64,000 bases of DNA. Source: Candidatus Krumholzibacteriia bacterium. Lineage in GTDB: Bacteria > Krumholzibacteriota > Krumholzibacteriia > JAJRXK01. The stretch's first letter is position 1; each line of letters opens with the position of its first letter. Positions 18,773 to 27,050 of the stretch are shown in pieces. The position numbers and the translations under genes are program-made. Below the pieces are notes generated by a model. The model made no database searches, was not told the origin of the DNA, and was given only the letters and a program-made list of their open reading frames with translations. The DNA is taken from contig JBGPIA010000002.1 of assembly GCA_041484665.1 (NCBI GenBank), forward strand, positions 544,001 to 608,000, in the 5' to 3' direction.

Positions 18773-18788
18773 GGGCACCTGGCTTGCA
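18773..18788 (+). promoter_or_regulatory. sigma54 promoter of the orphan gene 18871-19401
   Basis: GGGCACCTGGCTTGCA = GG-N10-GC with GGCAC and TTGCA, ~80 nt upstream of the ATG. Confidence 0.72.
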
Positions 18789-18870
18789 AGGGCTGGTCAG
18801 GCTTGCCGGGGCCAGCCGCGCGCTGCGGCGTCCGCGGCGGGGCGTCCGGCCCCATCCACCGGGGGGATCC

Positions 18871-19401
18871 ATGGTCAGCAACACCGACAAGATCCTGACC
18901 GAGATGTTCGCGCGGCTGCTGAACATCAAGGTCAGCCCTCCGGTCGTGAAGAAGCTCACCTATGTGATCGACGGCGTGATCACCAAGGTCCAGGGCTCCC
19001 TGGACCTCGAGACGGTCCAAGGCCAGAACACATTCCGAGCACTCATCTGCTCGATGGTCGTCCACGGCTGGGGCCTGGGCATGCACCCCGACAACAACCC
19101 CGCCCAGAACCAGGACGGGCGCGACGTGGAGGTCCAGGTCTGCAAGGACATCCTCGTGCCCGTGAGCAGCCTGCAGTCCCTGCGCTACATCAAGAAGGAC
19201 AAGTACGGACGGGTGAAGAAGGCTCTCTTCGAGCCCGACCAGAACGCGCGCATCCGCAGCCACATCGACAGCATCCTGTCGGAGATCAGCCGTACGAAGT
19301 GGGGCGAGGGCGAGGAGCCCCGGGGCGAGAAGCGCACCGAGAGCGGGGACGGCGAGAGTGTCGAGGGCGGCGAGGGCGGCGAGACGGGCGAGGAGTCCTA
19401 G
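18871..19401 (+). CDS. Hypothetical protein of unrecognised family with acidic Gly/Glu tail
   Basis: Strong GC3 codon bias and Lys/Ile/Asn-rich composition, unlike the shadow ORFs. ATG follows GGGGGGA. Confidence 0.8.
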   Translation: MVSNTDKILTEMFARLLNIKVSPPVVKKLTYVIDGVITKVQGSLDLETVQGQNTFRALICSMVVHGWGLGMHPDNNPAQNQDGRDVEVQVCKDILVPVSSLQSLRYIKKDKYGRVKKALFEPDQNARIRSHIDSILSEISRTKWGEGEEPRGEKRTESGDGESVEGGEGGETGEES

Positions 19402-20246
19402 CGGCGCGGTCCGGCCTCCAGCAGCGGGGCCAGTCGCTTGCGCAGCACGATCCGCCGGCCACCCTCCTCGTACCGGACCTCATCCACGAGCGACTCCATC
19501 AGGAACAGCCCACGTCCGCCGCCACGCATCCGATTCTCGGGGGCGAGCGGCGACGGCACTGCGTCGCGAGCGAAGCCCTCTCCCTGGTCTTCCACCTGCA
19601 GCGTGAACCCTTCGGCGTCGAGCTCCAGGCGCAGATGGACGACCTTGGCCGGATCCCAGCCGTTGCCATGCCCCATCGCGTTGGTCACGGCTTCGTCGAT
19701 CACCAGCGGCAGATCGCCGCGCACCATCTGCAAGGGATAGCTCAGACTGTCGAAGCGCTCGCACAAGAGCTGGATGACCCCCGGCAGAAGCTCCCTGCGC
19801 GTGGGAAGCGTGAGCTCGTGGAGCTCACGCCGCCCGTGCACGACACTGCCGGGGAAGAGCGCCGAGAGGTAGGCGAGATCGCGGAATGCGCTGAGCGCTC
19901 CCAGCACAGGCCAGGGTGGGCGCAGCACGGTGCACGCCCCTTCCCAGACCAACTCGCGCTCCTCCTCGGCCGAAACCGAGCGTGTGGCGATCGCCACGCG
20001 GGCCTGTGGGCTGGCGTCCAGCACGCGTGCGTGCCAGCCGCAGTGCAGCTGCGCCCGCGTGGCCGCCGCAATCATCACCCGCGCTGGGGACGGGTCATCG
20101 CCCGCGAGCGCGGCGCCCAGCGCCTCCAGATCGGAGTGCTCGCGCCACTGCACGCCGGCAAAGCCTTGGGCCTGGCGCAGCTCGTCGGCTAGACCGCGGT
20201 CCAGCGCGACGAGGTGCACGACGCATGGCGCCCGATTGCTGCGCAT
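19398..20246 (-). CDS. RsbW/SpoIIAB-like anti-sigma-factor kinase (HATPase_c_2) with degenerate receiver-like N-terminus
   Basis: 'DEAVTNAMGHGN', 'VEDQGEGF', 'GGRGLFLMESLVDEVRY'. Confidence 0.82.
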   Translation of the reverse strand: MRSNRAPCVVHLVALDRGLADELRQAQGFAGVQWREHSDLEALGAALAGDDPSPARVMIAAATRAQLHCGWHARVLDASPQARVAIATRSVSAEEERELVWEGACTVLRPPWPVLGALSAFRDLAYLSALFPGSVVHGRRELHELTLPTRRELLPGVIQLLCERFDSLSYPLQMVRGDLPLVIDEAVTNAMGHGNGWDPAKVVHLRLELDAEGFTLQVEDQGEGFARDAVPSPLAPENRMRGGGRGLFLMESLVDEVRYEEGGRRIVLRKRLAPLLEAGPRR

Positions 20247-20276
20247 CGCACGGCCTCGTCCGCTGGCAGCCGGATC

Positions 20277-21104
20277 TCAGAAGATCGGCTGACCGTTGGC
20301 AAGGATCTCGTTGAGGGCCTCGCGGAAGTGGTTGGTGCTGTTGGCCACCTCGGGCGTGACCTTCTCCTTGTAGAGCTCCCAGGATTTCTTGATATCGTGT
20401 CCCAGGGCTTGCACCAGCGTGCCGCCGGCCAGCGCCTTATCGCGCTTCTCACGGTTGTAGGCCAGGATGTCGCTCACCAACGCCCGGGCCAGGCGGCGCG
20501 CCTTCTCCTGCTCCTGCCGCACGCGCGGGTCGACCGGCTCCTGGGGCTGCGCCTGGGGTGCCGGGCGGTCGAGGTCGACTTCGACGAAGCGGGCTGCGAC
20601 TGGCTCGGCGGCGCGCGCAGGCCCACCCGGTGCGGAAGCCGGCGGGGCTGCGGGACGCGCGGCGCCGATCATGGGACCGCTGGAACGCTCGATCTCCAGG
20701 TCCAGGTCGGGCATCGTCTGCGTCGAGGCCGAGGGCGCCGCGGGGCCGCGTGACGGCGCGGCCGCGGGGGCCGACCCGGAGGCCGGCCGCGCCGAACGGG
20801 TGCCCAGATCGATGTCGCGGTAACCGTACCCAGGGGGCGCCGCCGACGCGACGCTCGCGGCCGCGGGCCGCGCAGGCGCGCTCGTGGACGCCTGCGGCCG
20901 CACCGGTACCTGCGCCGTCTCGGCCGCCGCGGCGCGCGGACGCACCTCGGCCGGCCCCGGCGCGGGCTGCGCGTCACGCCGCTGCGTGCCGTCAACCGCG
21001 AAGATCGAAGCGCACTGCACGCAGCGGACGCGGATCCGCTGCTGCGGCACGCGGGCGGGATCGAGGCGATAGCGGGTCTTGCATTCTGCACACTGGACGA
21101 TCAT
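20277..21104 (-). CDS. MJ0042-type zinc-finger protein with Pro/Ala linker and C-terminal RomX-like helical domain
   Basis: N-terminal 'MIVQCAECKTRY..D.....RIRVRCVQCASIF'; C-terminal 'KARRLARALVSDILAYN...SWELYKEKV...NHFREALNEIL'. RBS AGGAGAGG. Confidence 0.8.
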   Translation of the reverse strand: MIVQCAECKTRYRLDPARVPQQRIRVRCVQCASIFAVDGTQRRDAQPAPGPAEVRPRAAAAETAQVPVRPQASTSAPARPAAASVASAAPPGYGYRDIDLGTRSARPASGSAPAAAPSRGPAAPSASTQTMPDLDLEIERSSGPMIGAARPAAPPASAPGGPARAAEPVAARFVEVDLDRPAPQAQPQEPVDPRVRQEQEKARRLARALVSDILAYNREKRDKALAGGTLVQALGHDIKKSWELYKEKVTPEVANSTNHFREALNEILANGQPIF

Positions 21105-21193
21105 TGCCTCTCCTGGTTGCATCGGGCAGAAGGTTCCCGGCCGCCAGCCTTGCCGCCGCCTGCCAGCGGCGGGCGGGGCCGGGGCGGACGAGC

Positions 21194-21209
21194 TGCAAGG
21201 ATCAAGCCA
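21194..21209 (-). promoter_or_regulatory. sigma54 promoter of the zinc-finger/RomX-like and RsbW-like genes
   Basis: Minus strand TGGCTTGATCCTTGCA = GG-N10-GC, ~90 nt upstream of the ATG. Confidence 0.68.
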
Positions 21210-21260
21210 AGGCCGCCCTCGTGAGGACGTCTGGGGAGCGCTCCGCCCGCCGCCAGGCGG

Positions 21261-22157
21261 TCACAGCGAGGCCAGCTCTCCGCTGACGCGCTCGCGCGTC
21301 TGCTCATTCCAGCCGCTGAGCACCAACAGCGCCTCTTCGTAGCTCTCGGCCGTCCGCGTGACCAGCTCGTCCATCTCGGCCAGCGGCAGGCCGGTCATCT
21401 CCCAGGCCTGGGGCAGGATCGGCGGAATCCTGGTGTTGCCGTCCTCGCCCAGCCGCAGCCCGCAGGCGATGCTGTTCGCGACGTGCACGGCGGCCACGAA
21501 GTCGCCGTGGCCGTCGGCGCAGCGCGGGTCGTGGTGCCAGGCGACCGCCTCCAGGTAGCGGCCCGGCAGGTTCCAGTGCTTGCAGAGCATGCGCCCGATG
21601 CGCGCGTGGTTGACCCCCAGGAGCTTGTTCTCGACCTCGATCATCTGCAGTCCACTCGCCTTCACCTCGCCCAGGATCTGGTCCATCTCCTGGGGGAAGT
21701 GCTCGAGCAAGACGATCTTCCCGATGTCGTGGATGAGGCCGCCGACGAAGTACTCCTCTTCCCCTTCGAGACCGCGCAGGCGGGCGATCGACTGGGCGGC
21801 AGATGCGGCGCCCAGGCTGTGCTTCCAGAACTCATTGACGTCGAAGGACGCCAGATGCCGCCCTTCCTTGAACAGGTCCATGACCGAAGTGGCGAGGATG
21901 AGATCGCGCAGGGAGCGCATGCCCACCAGGCTCACCGCCCGCGTGACGGTCTCGATCTTCTCCTGGAAGCCGTAGTGCACCGAGTTCACCAGGCGCAGCA
22001 GCTTGACCGTGATGACCTGGTCCTGGGAGATCACCGCCGCGATTTCGGCGGCGGAGGTCTTCGGGTTGCGCATCAGATCGCTGACGCGCTTGTAGATGAT
22101 GGGCAAGGTCGGCAGGTCGTTCACCTGGCGCAGGACCTTCTGGATGCGGTCTCTCAC
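21261..22157 (-). CDS. HDOD domain protein
   Basis: 'LPTLP', 'KLLRLVNS..YG', 'FWKHS', 'GLIHDIGK', 'HARIG..L..HWNLP', 'WHHDP'. Confidence 0.93.
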   Translation of the reverse strand: MRDRIQKVLRQVNDLPTLPIIYKRVSDLMRNPKTSAAEIAAVISQDQVITVKLLRLVNSVHYGFQEKIETVTRAVSLVGMRSLRDLILATSVMDLFKEGRHLASFDVNEFWKHSLGAASAAQSIARLRGLEGEEEYFVGGLIHDIGKIVLLEHFPQEMDQILGEVKASGLQMIEVENKLLGVNHARIGRMLCKHWNLPGRYLEAVAWHHDPRCADGHGDFVAAVHVANSIACGLRLGEDGNTRIPPILPQAWEMTGLPLAEMDELVTRTAESYEEALLVLSGWNEQTRERVSGELASL

Positions 22158-22594
22158 GAGATCTCCTTCTCCGCCCCGATCAACCCCTGCCGGCGCAGCA
22201 CGGCCCGCAGCAGCGCCTCCATCACCGGGTTGCCCCGCGTGTCGCCGAAGCGCTCGGCCTGCGCCAGGATCAGCCGGCGCGTCTGCGCGAGTTCGCGCGG
22301 GGCGAGCGGGGCGCCGGACTCGCTCACGACGCCGCGCTCCGCAGCGGTGCCCGGCGCGGTGGCGGCGTCGGTCGACGTCGCCCCGCCGGTCGCCGTGGCA
22401 GCGCCGGTTGCGGTGCGGTGTGCCGCTGCGTCACCGCGCAGGACGAGCACGACGACGCCACGCCCGGCCAGCACCTCCAGATGATTGCGGGTGAGGGCCG
22501 TGCCCTCGGCCAGCAAGACCTGCCCGCCCGGCAACGTCACGGGCTCCGCCAGGACGTCTGCGGGCCGCGCCAGATGCAGGGGAACTTTCTTCAT
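22154..22594 (-). CDS. Small hypothetical protein coupled to the HDOD gene
   Basis: 'VLAEPV...GQVLLAEGTALT...LEVL..RGV' resembles the N-terminal module often found on HD-GYP proteins. TGA/GTG overlap with the HDOD gene. Confidence 0.7.
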   Translation of the reverse strand: MKKVPLHLARPADVLAEPVTLPGGQVLLAEGTALTRNHLEVLAGRGVVVLVLRGDAAAHRTATGAATATGGATSTDAATAPGTAAERGVVSESGAPLAPRELAQTRRLILAQAERFGDTRGNPVMEALLRAVLRRQGLIGAEKEIS

Positions 22595-22723
22595 GGGACC
22601 TACCTCGAAGGAAAGGACTTCGACGGCAATCCGTGCCGACTCGACCGGGGTTGCGGCCCGCGGCAGCGCGATCACCGGAATCGCCCGGCATCGGCCGGGC
22701 CGCTCGCACGGAGCGTGCCGGGC

Positions 22724-24799
22724 CTACCCCGCTGCGCTCCAGAATGGGGAGGCACCGACCAGGGCTTGCAGCCAGGCCGCCAGCGTCGCGTGCTCGGGCC
22801 GCCGCAGGGCGGGGTCGCGCTCCAGGACGGAATCGACCAGCTCCCGGGCCCGGGCCACCAGGTCGGCGTGCTCCAGCGGGCGCAGGAAGCGCAGCGGCGT
22901 CTCGCCGTGCTGGCGGACTCCTTGCAGGTCGCCCATGCCCCGGGACTGCAAATCGAGCTCGGCGAGCGCAAACCCATCGTGGATCGCGCCCAGCTGGGCT
23001 AGGCGCCGGCGCGCCGACGGGCCCGCCTCCTCGCCGCAAACCAGCACGCACTCCCCGGGGCGGGCGCCGCGGCCAACACGCCCGCGCAGCTGGTGGAGCT
23101 GTGCCAAGCCGAAGCGCTCGGCATGGTGCACGACCATGAGGGTGGCCATGGCGACGTCGAGCCCCACCTCGACGACGGTCGTTGCCACCAGCACGTCGAG
23201 CTCTCCGCGCGCGAATGCCGCGCTCACGGCCTCCTTCTGCCGGGCTGGCAGCTGTCCGTGGAGCAGCCCGACGCGCATCCCGCGCAGGGGACCGCGCACC
23301 AGTTCCGCGTGCGACGCCAGCACGCTGGCGACGTCGCTGCTCTCCGTCGCACGGATGACGGGGAAGACCAGGTAGCACTGCTCGCCGCGCGCGGCTCGCT
23401 CGGCGACCTGCGTATAGATGCCGGGTAGCTCGGTGGGCGACGCCACCTGGGTGCGCACCGGAGCGCGCCCCGGCGGCAGCTCGTCCAGCACGGAGAGATC
23501 GAGGTCGCCGTACAGCGTCAGCGCGAGGCTGCGTGGGATCGGAGTGGCGGACATCACCAGCAGGTGCGCCCCCCAACCACCCAGCTGGGCGCGATGCAGC
23601 ACGCCGAAGCGGTGCTGCTCGTCGATCACGGCCAGCCCCAGGCGGGCGAAGCGCACCTCGTCCTGCAGCAGCGCGTGCGTCCCGAACACGATCGAGAGCG
23701 ATCCGTCGCGCAGCCCTGCCCGCAGTGCCGGGCGCTGCGCTCCGGGGGTCGATGATGTCAACAGCGCTCCGCGGATGCCCAGTGCCTGCAGCGCCGGCAG
23801 GTGGCGCTGGGCGTGCTGGTGCGCGAGCACCGCGGTGGGCGCCATGAAGGCCGCCTGCGCCCCCGACTCGGCAAGCCAAAGCATCGCGATGAGGGCAACC
23901 AGGGTCTTGCCGCTGCCCACGTCGCCCTGCAGCATGCGGTGCATCGCCACCGGCGAAGCCAGGTCGCGGCGGATCTCCGCGAGCGCGCGGCGCTGCGCGC
24001 GGGTGAGCGCGTACGGCAGCCCCTCGACGAAGCGCCGCGACAGATCCGACAGCGGAGGCAGCACCACGGTGGCCGGCCTGCGCAGCAGCCCGCGCCGCCG
24101 GATGCCCAGCGACAACTGGAGAGCCACCGCCTCCTCGAACGCCAGGCGGCGCTGCGCCGCGACCGCCTCCTCCTCACGATCGGGCCGGTGCAGGGCCAGC
24201 AGTGCAGTGCGCCGTGAGGGCAACCCGGCCTCGCGCAGCCAGTCCTGCGGCAGAGGATCTGTGACCAGTGGCAGCGCCAGCGGCAGCACCGCAAAGACCA
24301 ACTTGCGCAGCGTGCCCTGGCGCAGGCCCGCGGTCAGCGGGTAGACCGGCAACAACCGCCCCGCCGGCTCCTGCAGCGCCTCCTCCTCCCCCTCCAGCTG
24401 GGGGTTGAGCATCTGCAGGCGTCCGGCGAAACGACCGACCTCCCCGCTCACCACCACGACGTCGCCGACGTGGAGCCGCCGGGCCATCCAGGCGGCGTTG
24501 AACCACGTGAGCAGCAGAGTGCCGCCGCCATCGCCGACGACGGCCAGCACGCGCGTGGGCCCCGGCCGGCGGCGGCTCAGCTGCACGTCGAGCACGGTCC
24601 CGCGCGCGAGACAGCGCTGGCCCTCCCGCACCGCGGCGATCGGCGCGAGCGCGCCGCGCTGCAGATAGTGAATGGGAACCAGGCAGAGCAGCTCCTCGAC
24701 GGTATCGACACCGAGGCGGCGCAACTGCTGGGCGCGCACCGGCCCGACGCCCTTGAGGAAGCGTACGGGAGTGGCCAGGGTCAGAGCTTGGGGTTGCAT
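22724..24799 (-). CDS. recG: ATP-dependent DNA helicase RecG
   Basis: 'LKGVGP', 'QGDVGSGKT', 'IDEQHRFG', 'SATPIPRSL', 'QLHQLRGRVGRG'. Confidence 0.97.
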   Translation of the reverse strand: MQPQALTLATPVRFLKGVGPVRAQQLRRLGVDTVEELLCLVPIHYLQRGALAPIAAVREGQRCLARGTVLDVQLSRRRPGPTRVLAVVGDGGGTLLLTWFNAAWMARRLHVGDVVVVSGEVGRFAGRLQMLNPQLEGEEEALQEPAGRLLPVYPLTAGLRQGTLRKLVFAVLPLALPLVTDPLPQDWLREAGLPSRRTALLALHRPDREEEAVAAQRRLAFEEAVALQLSLGIRRRGLLRRPATVVLPPLSDLSRRFVEGLPYALTRAQRRALAEIRRDLASPVAMHRMLQGDVGSGKTLVALIAMLWLAESGAQAAFMAPTAVLAHQHAQRHLPALQALGIRGALLTSSTPGAQRPALRAGLRDGSLSIVFGTHALLQDEVRFARLGLAVIDEQHRFGVLHRAQLGGWGAHLLVMSATPIPRSLALTLYGDLDLSVLDELPPGRAPVRTQVASPTELPGIYTQVAERAARGEQCYLVFPVIRATESSDVASVLASHAELVRGPLRGMRVGLLHGQLPARQKEAVSAAFARGELDVLVATTVVEVGLDVAMATLMVVHHAERFGLAQLHQLRGRVGRGARPGECVLVCGEEAGPSARRRLAQLGAIHDGFALAELDLQSRGMGDLQGVRQHGETPLRFLRPLEHADLVARARELVDSVLERDPALRRPEHATLAAWLQALVGASPFWSAAG

Positions 24800-24887
24800 G
24801 GCAGTGGCGCCGCGCCGCGCGCCGTCCGTGTGGCGCTGGGCTTGGCGCCGAAGCACGCACCGCCCGGCGGGCGCTCCGCGCCCGGCG

Positions 24888-26405
24888 CTACTGGACGCGC
24901 TTGAAAATGTAGAAGCCGTTGCGGCCCGGCAGCGGCGCGGTTATCGCTCCCACTTCCAGCCGGGAGACGGCGGCCTTGAAATCGTCGTGCATGGCCGCGG
25001 GGTCGACGAATCCCACGTCGATGCCAGTCATGCTGGCGATCTTGCTCTGCGCTTGCGCCAGCCGGTAGAAGTCGTCCCCGGCGCGGGCGCGCTGCGCGAT
25101 CTGCTCGGCCTGCTCGCGCGTCTCGACCATCATCTGGAGCAGATGCACCTCTCCCTTGGCGCGTGCCTGCGACTGCTGCGCCATGCGCGTCTGCAGCTCG
25201 ACCAGCACCTTGCTGATGCGCTCCTTCTCGGCGACGTCGTCGATGCGCTGCAGGTAGTCGTGGTAGTGCTGCTGGGCCTCGTCGTAGTGGTACTGCGCAG
25301 CGGCGATGCGCGCCAGGTGCAGGTGTGGCCCGGCCAGCTTGCTGTCCAGGCGCGCCGCCAGACCGAGCTGCTCGCGCGCGTCGGTCACCGCCCCGCGATT
25401 GATCAGCAGGATGCCCAGGTTGAGGTGCGCGTTGGCCACCGCCGGCGCCATGGCGATCGACTTGCGCAGCGCCTGCTCGGCGTCGGCGGGGCGATCGAGC
25501 TGGACTAACGCGTTGGCGAGGTTGAAGTAGAGATCACCATTGTCGGGGTCCAGCTCGATGGCCTTGCGGAAGGCGGTCTCGGCCTCGGCCGTCTTGCCGG
25601 CGATGAACTGGATGTTGCCCAGCCCCACCCACGCCCGCGCGTTGGGGGTCGCTGCGTTGGAGGCGCGGTACTCCGCGGCCGCCTCGTCCCCCTTGCCCTC
25701 GGCGAACGCCGCCTCGCCCAGCCAGGCGTGCACGGTCGAGGCGTCGGCACCATTGTCGAGGGCGGCGCGCAGGTGGGTACGCGCTTCGTCCCGCTCACCC
25801 GCCCCAACCAGGATGCGACCCAGGTCGAGCCGGTAGGCCGGGTTCTTCGGGTCGAGCTGCACGAGCTGCCGCAGCAGCCCCACGGCCTTCGTCCAGTCTT
25901 GCCGCCCCAGGCAGAGCGAGGCCAGCGATTCCAGGATCGGGCGGTTGTCGGGGAAACGGCGGACGCCCTCCTCCAGCGTGGCCACCCCGGTCTCCGCGGC
26001 GCCGGAGGCCAGCTCCGCCTGGCCCAGCAGTAGGGTCGCGTCGGGTTCGTCCGGTGCCAGGGCACGCGCTGTGCGCGCGGCCTCGAGCGCGCCGGGCGCT
26101 TGCCCAAGCTGCAACCGAACGAAGGCGATGCGCACCCATAGCTGTGACTCTTCCCCATGCAGCTGGGCCTGCGCGAGGTACTGGGCGTTGGCCTGCTCCA
26201 GCTTGCCCAGCGACAGGAGGCTGTCCCCCGCTGCCATCCAGGGGATGGAGCCATCTTTGTTGCCCGGTCGGGCCAGCGGCTGCCCGCAGGCGATGGAGCA
26301 CGCCAGGCAGAGGAACGCCCCTGTCCACACCCCTGCCAGCACCCCCGCCAGCGACGTGGTGCGGCGCCCGTTCGCGAGCCCGGTGGTACGGTTCTTGCGG
26401 CTCAA
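24888..26405 (-). CDS. Secreted TPR-repeat protein with C-terminal parvulin (PpiC)-like domain
   Basis: Signal-like hydrophobic stretch, ~10 TPRs, C-terminal 'GDDFYRLAQAQS...DVGFV...FKAAV..LEVG.ITAP....GFYIFKR'. Start is approximate. Confidence 0.78.
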   Translation of the reverse strand: MSRKNRTTGLANGRRTTSLAGVLAGVWTGAFLCLACSIACGQPLARPGNKDGSIPWMAAGDSLLSLGKLEQANAQYLAQAQLHGEESQLWVRIAFVRLQLGQAPGALEAARTARALAPDEPDATLLLGQAELASGAAETGVATLEEGVRRFPDNRPILESLASLCLGRQDWTKAVGLLRQLVQLDPKNPAYRLDLGRILVGAGERDEARTHLRAALDNGADASTVHAWLGEAAFAEGKGDEAAAEYRASNAATPNARAWVGLGNIQFIAGKTAEAETAFRKAIELDPDNGDLYFNLANALVQLDRPADAEQALRKSIAMAPAVANAHLNLGILLINRGAVTDAREQLGLAARLDSKLAGPHLHLARIAAAQYHYDEAQQHYHDYLQRIDDVAEKERISKVLVELQTRMAQQSQARAKGEVHLLQMMVETREQAEQIAQRARAGDDFYRLAQAQSKIASMTGIDVGFVDPAAMHDDFKAAVSRLEVGAITAPLPGRNGFYIFKRVQ

Positions 26406-26526
26406 TGCGGCACCTGAGCGCTGTGGCAGCGCCCTCCGGGGCGCACGTGGCGCGCGCACATCATGGTCCACCGGGGATCGGGCCCGGCCCCCCGGATGGC
26501 GAGTCTTGCAGTGATCGTGGGGAGCC

Positions 26527-26937
26527 ATGGAAGCGTCGGATGGAAAGGCCCACATCCTCGTGATCGAGGACGAGCCGATGATCCAGAGCCTGCTGAAGAT
26601 ACAGCTGGAGAAGCTCGGATACCGCGTCTCCGTGGCCAACGAAGGCCAGAGTGGATTCAAGATCGCCCAGGAAAGCCCTCCGGACCTCATGCTGCTGGAC
26701 CTCATGATGCCGGAGCTGGACGGCTTCCAAGTGCTTAAGCGCGTGAAGGCCATCTCCCGACTGGCGCGCATCCCGGTGGTCATCCTCACCGCCAGCCACG
26801 ACGACCACCATCGCCGCAAGAGCCTCTCGCACCTGGCCGACGCCTTTCTCACCAAGCCCTACCGTCCCGAGGAGCTCGCGGCGACGATCCAGCAGTTGCT
26901 CGGCACGCGCCAGGGCTCGCCGACGCGGCAGTCATAG
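26527..26937 (+). CDS. Single-domain response regulator
   Basis: IEDE, LLDLMMP.LDG, ILTA, TKP. Confidence 0.92.
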   Translation: MEASDGKAHILVIEDEPMIQSLLKIQLEKLGYRVSVANEGQSGFKIAQESPPDLMLLDLMMPELDGFQVLKRVKAISRLARIPVVILTASHDDHHRRKSLSHLADAFLTKPYRPEELAATIQQLLGTRQGSPTRQS

Positions 26938-27050
26938 TCTAGGGTTCCAGCCGCGGCGCGTCCAACAGCGCGCCGTTGCGGGGGCCGCCGTAGCCGCCGA
27001 ACCGGCGTGGCCGGCGCCTCCCCTTCGGTCTGCACTCGTGGACCGCGGCG

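Noticed and set aside
22625..22639. GGCACGGATTGC (minus strand) upstream of the HDOD pair; likewise TGGCGAGTCTTGCA near 26497-26510
   Set aside because: GG-to-GC spacing is 8 nt, not the required 10.
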